Source: Barthelona sp. PCE (taxonomy: Eukaryota). Taken from it: 64,000 nucleotides of DNA. Below, one piece after another: positions 10,651 to 19,876 of the stretch. The stretch covers positions 744,001-808,000 of the forward strand of contig JAUFOR010000004.1 in NCBI GenBank assembly GCA_040285745.1. The letters are read 5' to 3'. The notes under the pieces are model-generated. The model saw nothing but the letters and a program-made list of their open reading frames with translations. It was not told where the DNA came from and ran no database searches. Each line of letters begins with the position of its first letter. Position 1 is the stretch's first letter. Position numbers and translations under genes: made by a program.

Positions 10651-11526
10651 ATGATTGTTGTATTGGGCGCTTTCAATTACGATTTATGTGCATACGGTGA
10701 ACGTTTTGCAGAACCTGGTGAGACTCTGCATTATCAAAGCTTTGAGACCGGTGTTGGTGGTAAAGGATCCAACTCAGCATGCGCAGCTGCCGTTTTGGGG
10801 GGCCAAGATGTCCATTTTATTGGTTCTGTTGGTAAGGATAAGTTTGCTGAAGAGTTTATGGAGAGTATGAGTAAGTTTGGTGTCAAAATGCACGTCTTGG
10901 AACACAAAGACGTTAGCAGCGGCGTTGCAATGATTAACATTGTAGAATCAGGTGAGAATTCAATTGTGATCGTCAATGGGGCAAATAATCATTTTACAAA
11001 TATGCATATCAGTGATTTTCCTCACTGGAACAGCGCCAATATGCTGATCTGCCAGTGCGAGATTCCATGGGAATATAACGCATTTGCCCTGCAGCATGCA
11101 AGAGAGAGAGGTATTTCAACGATTCTAAATCTTGCGCCTGCAGTCATTCCCAAAGACAGGTATTTCCTCAAGGACGTACAGTACCTCATTTGCAACGAAA
11201 TTGAGAAGCAGATGTTGGATGATGCTGTTGCTAGAGATGAAATCGAGTTCCCTGAAGGAATTATTTTCATCATCAGTCTTGGCGAAAAGGGAGCTATGCT
11301 CCTGAAAAACGGAATAGAGACACACGTAGATGGTCTCCAGGTTGATGTAGTGGATTCAACTGGTGCAGGTGACTGCCTGGTAGGATCATTCGCACATTTC
11401 AAGAGTGAAGGTTTGGAAGACAGCCAAGCATTGGCTAAAGCGTGTCAGGTTGCTTCATACTGCGTGGAGAGACGTGGAACTCAGAAATCTTATCGTTCTC
11501 TTAGAGATTTACCACCTCTTCAATAG
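10651..11526 (+). CDS. rbsK: Ribokinase (PfkB family)
   Basis: GGKGSNSA, NLAPA, CNEIE, ISLGEKGA and DSTGAGD motifs. Confidence 0.9.
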   Translation: MIVVLGAFNYDLCAYGERFAEPGETLHYQSFETGVGGKGSNSACAAAVLGGQDVHFIGSVGKDKFAEEFMESMSKFGVKMHVLEHKDVSSGVAMINIVESGENSIVIVNGANNHFTNMHISDFPHWNSANMLICQCEIPWEYNAFALQHARERGISTILNLAPAVIPKDRYFLKDVQYLICNEIEKQMLDDAVARDEIEFPEGIIFIISLGEKGAMLLKNGIETHVDGLQVDVVDSTGAGDCLVGSFAHFKSEGLEDSQALAKACQVASYCVERRGTQKSYRSLRDLPPLQ

Positions 11527-11778
11527 CAGGTTGGTGTATGTGTGATATTTTGAATAAATTAGTTACATGGTGATGTGACTTTGAGTGTTGCGCTGTTTAA
11601 CAGTTGTAAATACAGAGACTAAGAAACTTTAGTAAAAGGAAGCCTGCTATCTCTGCTATCTTTATACTACAAATAAAACTTTCTAAAAGGCTGCCAAGTA
11701 TCATAAAAACTCTACTGTGCTGCAGAATAAGCTGTTAAATAGCAAAAAACCCCTTATCTCTTTTTTAACTAATTTATC

Positions 11779-12500
11779 ATGTCTGACATCGAAATTGAAG
11801 GTACCATCGATTCTGGATCCCTTACCTACCCCAAGCAAGCCACTTCTATCCGTAAGGGTGAGGTTGTCGTATGTTCTTTTATTGCTTTTTCTTGTTGCAT
11901 GTTGTTTTTGAGTGTTTAAGATGTACACAAATCTTAATCTGCAACCTAAAAGATCACAATTTGCTTTTGAGCAGATAGGTTCGTTGACCAGCCCAACTTT
12001 TCTAGTTTAAGTTATTGACTGCATATTTTGTTGTTTTACTATCTAGAAACACTCACAAGCTTCAGGCCCGAGATGCTAATACTGATAAAACTTACATTTA
12101 GTTGTTCAAGGATCAGTTCCCCTGCAGAATTGTCAACACCCGTACTTCCAAGACTGGTAAGCACGGTCACGCTAAGGTCGTTATGACTGGTTTGGATATC
12201 TTCTCTGGAAACAAGCACGAGCTTATGATCTCCGGTTCCCACGATGTTCAAGCTGTCAACGTTTCCCGTCGTACTCTTGTCCTTCAGGAGGTTAGCGAGG
12301 ATGATGGTGCCTGGTTTGGTTCCCTTCTCGACCCCGAATCCTTTGAGGTTGAGGAGATCCGTATTAAGGAGGAGCTTGCTAAGGAGCTTCAGCCCGCTGT
12401 TGCCGAGGCTGAGGAGTCTGGTGAGAAAGAGGTTCAGGTTGTTGTTCTGGGTGCCATGAACATGACCGCCATTGATTCATTCAAGCACGTTGCCTTGTAA
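11779..12500 (+). CDS. eIF5A: Translation factor eIF5A, 2 exons (11779-11868, 12102-12500), about 162 aa
   Basis: Exon 1 TYPKQATSIRKGEVV joins LFKDQFPCRIV; hypusine motif SKTGKHGHAK is intact; strong codon bias. Confidence 0.95.
11869..12101 (+). other. Spliceosomal intron, 233 nt, phase 0, multi-stem structure
   Basis: GTATGT...ACTTACATTTAG; removal restores a full eIF5A. Confidence 0.92.
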
Positions 12501-12555
12501 AATCTCCAAGTATCTTCTGAATAAATGTTAACGGAATTCTTTTATTAGAAGAATC

Positions 12556-14497
12556 TTATTCTTTCCAGGCAGTGTCGCCTTCATAGTCTTTTAGGTCCTC
12601 ATGACAATACTTTTTCATTAACTTTTCTAATCCGTTCAATCGTCTTTGTTCAGCACCCAACTTTAAACCACTTAAAAACGCTAAACCAAAGAAATCACTG
12701 TCTACAACTTCACGTTTGATCTTTTGATCATCTTTTCTGCTTTGTAAAGGAGGATTACGAATGAACTCTCCATTTTCATCTGCAAATACTGTGCATTGCT
12801 CCATTGCTCCATCAAGATCTAGCTTAATATCACGCAAAGTAACTCTTGCCTGGTTAATTTGATCCAGGAAAGCAGCACTAAAACGTACGCCCTTGTGTTT
12901 TTGCAAGAGCTCAATATAACCTGTAATATTGTGTAAGTTAGTGGTTAAGGCCCAGCCATGGAAATCGGTTTCTGTGAAAAGACAACGGGTCATGATTTCA
13001 AGTTTTACGCATATCCAACGGTAGGCTAATACATGAATCTGGGAAACTTGGGCAAATTGAATTAATTCATCAATGTACCACATGACCTCATTCTGAACTA
13101 GGAAATCCTTCCTACAAGAGAACTTTGTGAGCTCAACAACACTCTCTTCGAGCATCCCAGCACGAATATAAATTTTTGCTAAAATATTGCTGAGACAACG
13201 GTCATTCACGTCTGAAGCAACTGCTCTGCATCCATATTCAATTGCACGGTCGTTTTGGCCTAAGTAAGAATAACACTCTGCTACAAACATCAACTCAAAT
13301 GGATCATGGAAGTCTACATCCAAATCATCAGCAGTTATTGTTTCGGTAAGGCGCAGAAGCTTGACATGGTGAAAAGCCTTCTTCTCATGCTCGATGGCAT
13401 CGACTGCCTCATGCATTAATTCAGAACATTTAAAAAATTCAAATTCAACACAACACTCCAACAAATTGAAAGCTCTCTTACGACGGTTCAATAGCGAGAC
13501 GAGCGTCTGCTTTGCCTTCTCTTTCTCACCCTGCTTGAACAACAGCTCAATTAACTGTAATTCAGCTGATAGAGAGCCTGCTTCGACCAACTCCATCAAG
13601 AAGCCGACCTTCTCTTCCTCCTCCTTTCTGTTGAGGCATGTTAAGATAGACTCTGCAGAGTGGATGTTGTACTGTAATAACTCATTTTCCATGCGAATAA
13701 CGCTGTTTTCATCATTCATTTTTTCATAAATCTTGATCAAAAGTTTCTTGATCGCAACGGTATCTCTAAAGTTTTCAAAGTTTTCTGTAATAAGCTCAAG
13801 CGCAGTCGCACATTCACCCATCCCATAGTAGCACAGAGCTTTTAAGTAGGTTAACTGCTCATATGAATTAGGGACCATTCTCTGGAATGCCTTTTCATCG
13901 TTAACCTTGATATCATCAATGGCTCTGAGGTGATCTAGCGCATCAGTGTATGCTCCCATCAGGTAGCAGACAACAAAAAACCTCAAACGGTTGACAAAGT
14001 GACGAGGGTTCTGCATAAATAGAATTCGTGCAATCTCAAAAGCATTTTGGTAATCCTGTAGGCTCAGAGCGTTCTCAAACATTTTCGAGCGTACAAACAA
14101 AGGGATGCCGCTTGAGTTCGCTTCAGCCATTTTAATGTAACGATTGAATGATGTTTGTGATTGTGGAATATCTCTTGCAGTTCTGAAGATAATACCCATA
14201 GTCTTCCATGCAAAAGCAGACTTCATGGCCCCACGGAGCCCCTTTCGACCGATTTCCAGTGCTTCATCCACTTTATGTAGACTTTCAAGGAAAAGTGCCT
14301 CTAAGCACAAAAGTTCTCCTTCGTTTGGATACTTCTTGATCAGCTTACGGGTTTCCTTGAGCCCTTGCTGATAGTTTTGCTTGTCGTACATTGACTAAAC
14401 ATGAGTTAAAAATACGTGTAGTGAGATAAAGTTAACATACAAGTGCTTCAGACAGCCTTGTCTTGTCCCTGTTCGTTGTCGGTTCAAATAAATCCAT
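12556..14497 (-). CDS. NAA15: NatA N-acetyltransferase auxiliary subunit (Naa15/Nat1-like TPR protein), 2 exons (14497-14441, 14394-12556)
   Basis: YDKQNYQQGLK...KKYPNEGE.L.L.AL, FAWKTMGIIFR, DRCLSN and DFHGWA resemble Naa15 motifs. Confidence 0.75.
14395..14440 (-). other. Spliceosomal intron, 46 nt, phase 0
   Basis: GTATGT...ACTCATGTTTAG; joins a 19-codon ATG-initiated exon in frame. Confidence 0.85.
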
Positions 14498-14564
14498 GTG
14501 AAATTGTGAAACCCCAATATACGGATAAAAAAGGTGAAACACTTTTTCATCCCATTTCATTTAA

Positions 14565-15344
14565 ATGAGGGACATTCTTTCGCTCAGTATAGCACATGAC
14601 GAAGTTGCAGAGGTATTGAAGGATGAACCAACGTTGTATGTTGAGTCTCCAAGTTCAATTGTTTCTAAACACTCAATGCATATTCATAACATAACATCAC
14701 AATTGGTGAATGATGCCACACAAACAATGTATATCATTGCAAACGAACCTACTGTTGGATACTACCACGTAAATGACAACATCGAAACGGCTATCCACCG
14801 TGTATCAAAGGTCAAGGGGGATTTGACGCACACAGACCGCATGTTGATCGATATGAACAACGTTTGCACTAAAGGGAATGAGTTATTCAAGAAATTACCT
14901 TCTTTTGGTTCTACTCTTACTACTCTTACCAAAGCTCTAGCTACTTCCAAGGAGATAGTCGACAAGCGCCTTAAGAAGCTTGAGGAGGAAGAGAAGGCAG
15001 CATTTGAGGAGAAAGAGAGGGAAAAGGAACGTGTAATAGCTGCAGCTCAGATTGTAGAAATTGAATCTGAAGAAGAGAAACCAGAAATCGTAAACGAAAC
15101 GTCAGATGACGAGACATTGGAGGAGATAGGGAGCGAGGAAGAATTAGCTCTTCCCTCAAAGGAGACAACACCTGTCTTATCTGTATTTGAAATGAGTTCC
15201 CGGGAGGTTACACCAGTTCAAGAGTTGGAGAACGATAAAAAAGAAGAACAAGCTGCGGTTGTTGATCTTTTTACAAAATCAATTACAAGATCAGCTAGTG
15301 GAAAACGTAGCCGTGCAATGATGTTACGACCAAAAGCGCTCTAG
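14565..15344 (+). CDS. BORCS8: BORC subunit 8 (MEF2BNB)-like protein with acidic C-terminal extension
   Basis: TMYIIANEPTVGYYHVNDNI matches the BORCS8 signature YxxANEPSVxxYxxQEHV. Confidence 0.65.
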   Translation: MRDILSLSIAHDEVAEVLKDEPTLYVESPSSIVSKHSMHIHNITSQLVNDATQTMYIIANEPTVGYYHVNDNIETAIHRVSKVKGDLTHTDRMLIDMNNVCTKGNELFKKLPSFGSTLTTLTKALATSKEIVDKRLKKLEEEEKAAFEEKEREKERVIAAAQIVEIESEEEKPEIVNETSDDETLEEIGSEEELALPSKETTPVLSVFEMSSREVTPVQELENDKKEEQAAVVDLFTKSITRSASGKRSRAMMLRPKAL

Positions 15345-15369
15345 TTTACTATTATTATTATTAAAATAT

Positions 15370-15882
15370 CTATTTTCGTTGCGGTTTTTTATCGCACACT
15401 CGTTGTTTAGGGACTACACCATTGAGAATATCATTGGCTATAGCTTGAGCCTCTTCCTCATCAATAGCCTCATGGTATTTGCCATCGACAGTAATGACAG
15501 GACCACAACAACAAGCACCCAAGCATTCAACATGACGTACTGTCACTTTTTCGTCTAGAAGACTGTGAAATTTGTCAAGGACCGCATCACTGCCCCGGAG
15601 AGAGCAAGGTCCACCAGTGCATACTTGTACTATATGGTCTCCAACAGGTTCACGATTGAACATAGAATAAAAAGTAACAGTTTCAAAGATTTCCTCTTCT
15701 TTGACATCAAAGTAATTCGATAGCTCATTGACATCATCATCAGATATCCAACCTGTATGATTTTGAAGTTCTGTAAGTGCTGGGATTATGGCTGACCGAG
15801 GATGATTGGCAAAGAGCAATTTTAGTTCCTTCATAGCCGGCAGCAGCCCCTTGGAAAAATTCCTTGCGATATAAGTTAGCAT
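15370..15882 (-). CDS. nuoE: NADH dehydrogenase 24-kDa [2Fe-2S] subunit (NuoE/NDUFV2) with short organellar presequence
   Basis: SAIIPAL, TFYSMF, VCTGGPC (C-x4-C) and ECLGAC (C-x3-C); leader MLTYIARNF. Confidence 0.92.
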   Translation of the reverse strand: MLTYIARNFSKGLLPAMKELKLLFANHPRSAIIPALTELQNHTGWISDDDVNELSNYFDVKEEEIFETVTFYSMFNREPVGDHIVQVCTGGPCSLRGSDAVLDKFHSLLDEKVTVRHVECLGACCCGPVITVDGKYHEAIDEEEAQAIANDILNGVVPKQRVCDKKPQRK

Positions 15883-15955
15883 TTATCGATTGATAAAGGA
15901 TATTTGTGAGTTAACACAACACATTGTGGTATCTTACATAATTCAAGACGCAGCG

Positions 15956-16332
15956 ATGGGTAAGCATTGTTATGTGTGCTGTATAATCCATATTGGCTCC
16001 TTAACATTGCCTCTAACATGATTTTTATTTTTACACTTGCCTATTTAGAATTCAGAATACATTTTCAGAGCTGGGCATGCTATCGTGGCCATGTGTACTG
16101 TGGATGATGTTATGACGAGCATAAAACTGTTTGTCTTTTTGCCTCCTTTTTGCAAGTGGATGGGCGTTTAGATATTACAATACCAGAAAGACCATTTAAC
16201 TCACCAGTAAGGTTTGTTAATTCTAATGAAAGGAATTCAGCAAATTATAAGGATAGCAAGAATCATTTATTGGGTCTTTTCTTAGTATTGCTTTTTATCA
16301 TTTATTTTGTGTATATAATTTTTTTTTCATAA
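15956..16332 (+). pseudogene. Disrupted RING-finger / C-terminal TM protein (RNF5/RMA- or SINA-like RING remnants)
   Basis: MGKHCYVC, then in another frame CYRGHVYCG*CY (TGA at 16105) continuing in frame into IPERP and a hydrophobic tail. The last CxxC is scrambled by a repeated CTTTTTGC. Confidence 0.35.
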
Positions 16333-16570
16333 AAGCTCTTTCATTTAAAAAATGTTTTGTGTTTTTGAAATGTTAATCTCCATATTGGTTATGAAGGTTT
16401 ACTTTAAGCGCTTTTACATAAAAATTAACAGAGATAGTGATGTTATTCTGAACTATTTAGCAGTTTAAATTATATTTGAGATGGATAACTTGGTTTGAAT
16501 ATGTAAAAGTTTTTGCTACTATTTTTGGTTTTGCTTTTAAAGATTTTTTTTCGTTTACACAGCTTGTTTA

Positions 16571-16945
16571 ATGTGGGGTGTTGAAGCACATACCGATGAA
16601 GAATGTGAATTTAGCGAAGATTACGTTGAAATATTAGAACCAGATTTGCTGATTTGTGCTCCGGAGCCACCTTTAATGGATGTTCCAGCAGAATCGTTGC
16701 ACGCTTACTACCCAGATGCAGATGATATGCTAGAAGATTTTCATGAACTAGTACATGATTACATTCCCCATGTCAGAGATTTTGAAGATATTCCATATTT
16801 TGGAAGTGGTAATGTATCCAATATAACAGCTGAAGACATTAATGAAGCAGAAGAAAGCTTTGTTCAGAGCAAACAAAAGCAAAATGGCTATTATTTTGTA
16901 ATATTTTTTATTTTCTACCTAGTGTTTCTTTTGTTTGATTTGTGA
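16571..16945 (+). CDS. Small acidic protein with C-terminal TM (tail-anchored)
   Basis: 124-aa ATG ORF with coding-like composition amid AT-rich flanks. Confidence 0.6.
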   Translation: MWGVEAHTDEECEFSEDYVEILEPDLLICAPEPPLMDVPAESLHAYYPDADDMLEDFHELVHDYIPHVRDFEDIPYFGSGNVSNITAEDINEAEESFVQSKQKQNGYYFVIFFIFYLVFLLFDL

Positions 16946-17277
16946 TTCAGTTTTTGTATTATGTTTTAATGGTTAACAAGTATTTTTTGACTTTGGTATA
17001 GGTACTAAGGTTGTTTGTTTGTGGTTCTCTGACAAGAAGTCAAATGCACGCTACGTGAATGGTTTTGAGCCAGTTATCAATTGTGAAGTCTTCTTGTTTC
17101 AATTATGTGTAGTGTATTGATGTGGAGCAGGAAAGTTTTTAATCAAAGAAAGCCTGTTTTTTGTTATTTTTTCCGAATTTGGTCAGTAAATCAATAGATT
17201 ATTCAAATATTTATACTTGAATGGTAGTTTAATATGTTTTTACAATGTATATGAGCGGTAAAGCTGTCATATTCTGA

Positions 17278-17772
17278 TTAGACGAAAAGTTGAGCCTTTG
17301 TTAATACTCTTATGAAATCCTCCAGTGAAACACTACCAGAACCAGTACGGTCTGCCTCATCGATCATTTCTTGAAGTTCTTCGTCACTAATTCCTGATTC
17401 ACCCAATTCATAAGCTGTGCGCTTCAAATCTTTGAAGGTAATTGCACCTGAGTTCTCAGTGTCAAATAATCTGAAGGCCTTGGCCATCTCTTGTCTTGAA
17501 TCGCGCTCACTGAGCTTCAGAGACATAACGCTTAAGAATCCCTCAAATGAAATAACACCTGAATTTGAAGGATCTATCTCACTGATAAGTCTTTTGATCT
17601 CATTCTTGTTAACCTCAATACCCAGAGCACGGAGGGCAACCTTGAGCTCCTTTGCATCAATGGATCCCTGCCCAGAGGAGTCAAACAAATCAAAAGCTTC
17701 ACGTATCTCTGAGTTCTGGTCTTCTGTAAGCTGGAATCTGGAGCGTCTGTTGCTTGCTGCGTTCATTGTCAT
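17278..17772 (-). CDS. CETN: Centrin
   Basis: [25 protein letters not shown], four EF-hand positions, [11 protein letters not shown]. Confidence 0.95.
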   Translation of the reverse strand: MTMNAASNRRSRFQLTEDQNSEIREAFDLFDSSGQGSIDAKELKVALRALGIEVNKNEIKRLISEIDPSNSGVISFEGFLSVMSLKLSERDSRQEMAKAFRLFDTENSGAITFKDLKRTAYELGESGISDEELQEMIDEADRTGSGSVSLEDFIRVLTKAQLFV

Positions 17773-18150
17773 CTTTAATATATCAAATAATGTAAGAAAT
17801 GGAGTGAAAAATACAAAACATTTTCTAGTTATGTAGCTTCATGTAGGACAATATACAGCCTCACAAACAAGCTTCAAATGCAGATGCAACTTATTAATTG
17901 TAACGTAAATACAGAATTTGTCATGAAAAATGTTGTCATTTTTTCTCCTAATAATCTCCTTTCTGAACGTTTTATTGTGGTAAATAAGCAAACTTATAAA
18001 TGAATTTGGACACAAAACAAGTATAAAAGCTCAATTTTTTGTCATTTACATCTTCAACTCCACTACGGAGTATTGATTTTGTACAACTCAATAGACATCA
18101 ACATAACAAAAAAACATGTTAACTATCATTTACTGTTATGTATATGCTTC

Positions 18151-19644
18151 TTACAAAAGGCTGGCCTGATACTCATCCTGATACTTATCCAAAAGACCAG
18201 ACTGCTTGTTGAAGGCAGCGATAAGCTTATCGTACTCGTCACCAAGACCAAAGCGATCCTCAAAATAGTTGTGCTCGTACCATTGTGAGTTAAGAACCTC
18301 AACATCAATACCACGTTGTTCAACCCAAGTGAAATACTTGAGGTTATGCATACGCTTACGGTCGGTGTAGTTCAGCTCCTTTGAATAGTCAACACGTTGG
18401 TGCAGAAGAGTAACGTTGTGATCAACTGCGGCCATGGTCTCATTGTAGGTGCCGTCAGCAGCGCGCATTTTCTCCAGAACGGACATGTACATAATGCTGG
18501 AGTCTGTAGCAACTGTAAAGACGACGTCTTCCTCAGTGAGCTCGTAGTATTTGGCCATCTTGATACAACCAATAACGTTGGCGCAAGAAGAAAGGCCAAA
18601 CCAGTAGAGAGCGTCGATTGTTTCCTGAGGAATACCCTTCTTAAGGAGGTAAGCTTTGCCCTCCTCCTCGTTGAAGAGACGGAAACAGTTCATGACATCG
18701 GGATCGTGGTAAAGAGAGAGGAAGTCCATGTTGCGAACGTTGAAGACAAGAGGAACGTGCTTGTCAGAAACACCTTCAGTAGTAGTGTTACCGAAACCGC
18801 ATTCCCAAAGGGTAGGGACCTGGCGGGACTCACCAACACCAAGAACAAAGTTGGGGAAGTGCTTCTTCATGTAGTCACCAGCTGCGAGAGTACCAGCAGA
18901 ACCCTGAGACATGTAACAACCAAAGAGTCTGGCTCTCTCATCCTCATCCTTAATGTGCTCCCAAACCTTCTTGAAGGCGTCACCAGTACAGGCGTAGTGG
19001 AAAACGGGGTTAGCAGTGTCGGAGAACTGGTTGCAGACAACGCAGTTGGGATCCTCATCGAGCTTCTCGCATTCTTCAAAGATCTCACGGACGTTTGATT
19101 CACAGCCGTAGGTCTTAATGATTTCAGCACCGAGACGTTCCATGTAGTCGAAACGCTCCTGAGACATCTCCTCGGGAAGGACGGCGACGGGCTTGGCGCC
19201 GAGCATCTTGGAGATGAGGACACCACCACGGCAATAGTTACCAGTGGAAGGGAAAAGGACACGGTGGTTGGCAACGTCAACGGAACCAGCAATGATCTTT
19301 GAGACAAAGTTAGAGTAGGCAGGACCGGACTTGTGAGTGTTCGAGGGCATACGAGCACCGGGGAGAACGACGATCTTGCAGGGGACACCTGTCAACTCAG
19401 AAGGAAGAACAATGTGTTCAGGAACATCCTTGAAGCCCTTGTTTTCGTTGAACCATGAGATACGGAACAGGTTGAGGGGGTGGACCTCTTCCTTATCAAC
19501 GTTAAGGAGTTCGTCCTTAATGCATTGAGGGATTAAATCAGGGTTTCTCAATTGCTCGAACGTGGGGAGATAGACGTTGTGCTTGCGGGCAGAGTCGATG
19601 TTGGTTTGTAACCACTCTTGGTTGAAAATGGGGACCTTGGACAT
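18151..19644 (-). CDS. Fold-type II PLP-dependent enzyme (cysteine/threonine synthase superfamily), bacterial-like
   Basis: PLP lysine in PSNTHKSGPAY; PSTGNYCRGG, EEMSQERF, NQF and GSAGT motifs. Confidence 0.85.
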   Translation of the reverse strand: MSKVPIFNQEWLQTNIDSARKHNVYLPTFEQLRNPDLIPQCIKDELLNVDKEEVHPLNLFRISWFNENKGFKDVPEHIVLPSELTGVPCKIVVLPGARMPSNTHKSGPAYSNFVSKIIAGSVDVANHRVLFPSTGNYCRGGVLISKMLGAKPVAVLPEEMSQERFDYMERLGAEIIKTYGCESNVREIFEECEKLDEDPNCVVCNQFSDTANPVFHYACTGDAFKKVWEHIKDEDERARLFGCYMSQGSAGTLAAGDYMKKHFPNFVLGVGESRQVPTLWECGFGNTTTEGVSDKHVPLVFNVRNMDFLSLYHDPDVMNCFRLFNEEEGKAYLLKKGIPQETIDALYWFGLSSCANVIGCIKMAKYYELTEEDVVFTVATDSSIMYMSVLEKMRAADGTYNETMAAVDHNVTLLHQRVDYSKELNYTDRKRMHNLKYFTWVEQRGIDVEVLNSQWYEHNYFEDRFGLGDEYDKLIAAFNKQSGLLDKYQDEYQASLL

Positions 19645-19876
19645 TGAAAAGGAGGTATTTTTGTTAAGGATGCTTACATGTTTGAAACCTTCATATTGAC
19701 CACTTTAAGCGGTGCTGAGATTCATCATTACATCAGTTTCAGTGAGAAAAATGCTTGTATGACGAAAATATGAGCTTTTTTATGAACTTCCGTTTTCAAA
19801 AAATTGATAAGATTCTATCTTTTTGTCGCAATATTTTCAGAAATCCCTGCTTGGTATCATATAATTAGCTTTTACA

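Noticed and set aside
3836-16107. TGA reassigned to Trp or Sec, suggested by two in-frame TGAs beside CxxC motifs
   Set aside because: Long conserved genes contain no internal TGA, and TGA ends the ORFs at 4851, 16945 and 41910.
17031-17098. Intergenic hairpin ACAAGAAG/CTTCTTGT with faint U2-like words
   Set aside because: No convincing U2 branch-recognition context or Sm site; stems are short.
18372-19528. Long antisense and alternate-frame ORFs over the PLP enzyme
   Set aside because: Expected shadows of strong codon bias; no protein motifs.
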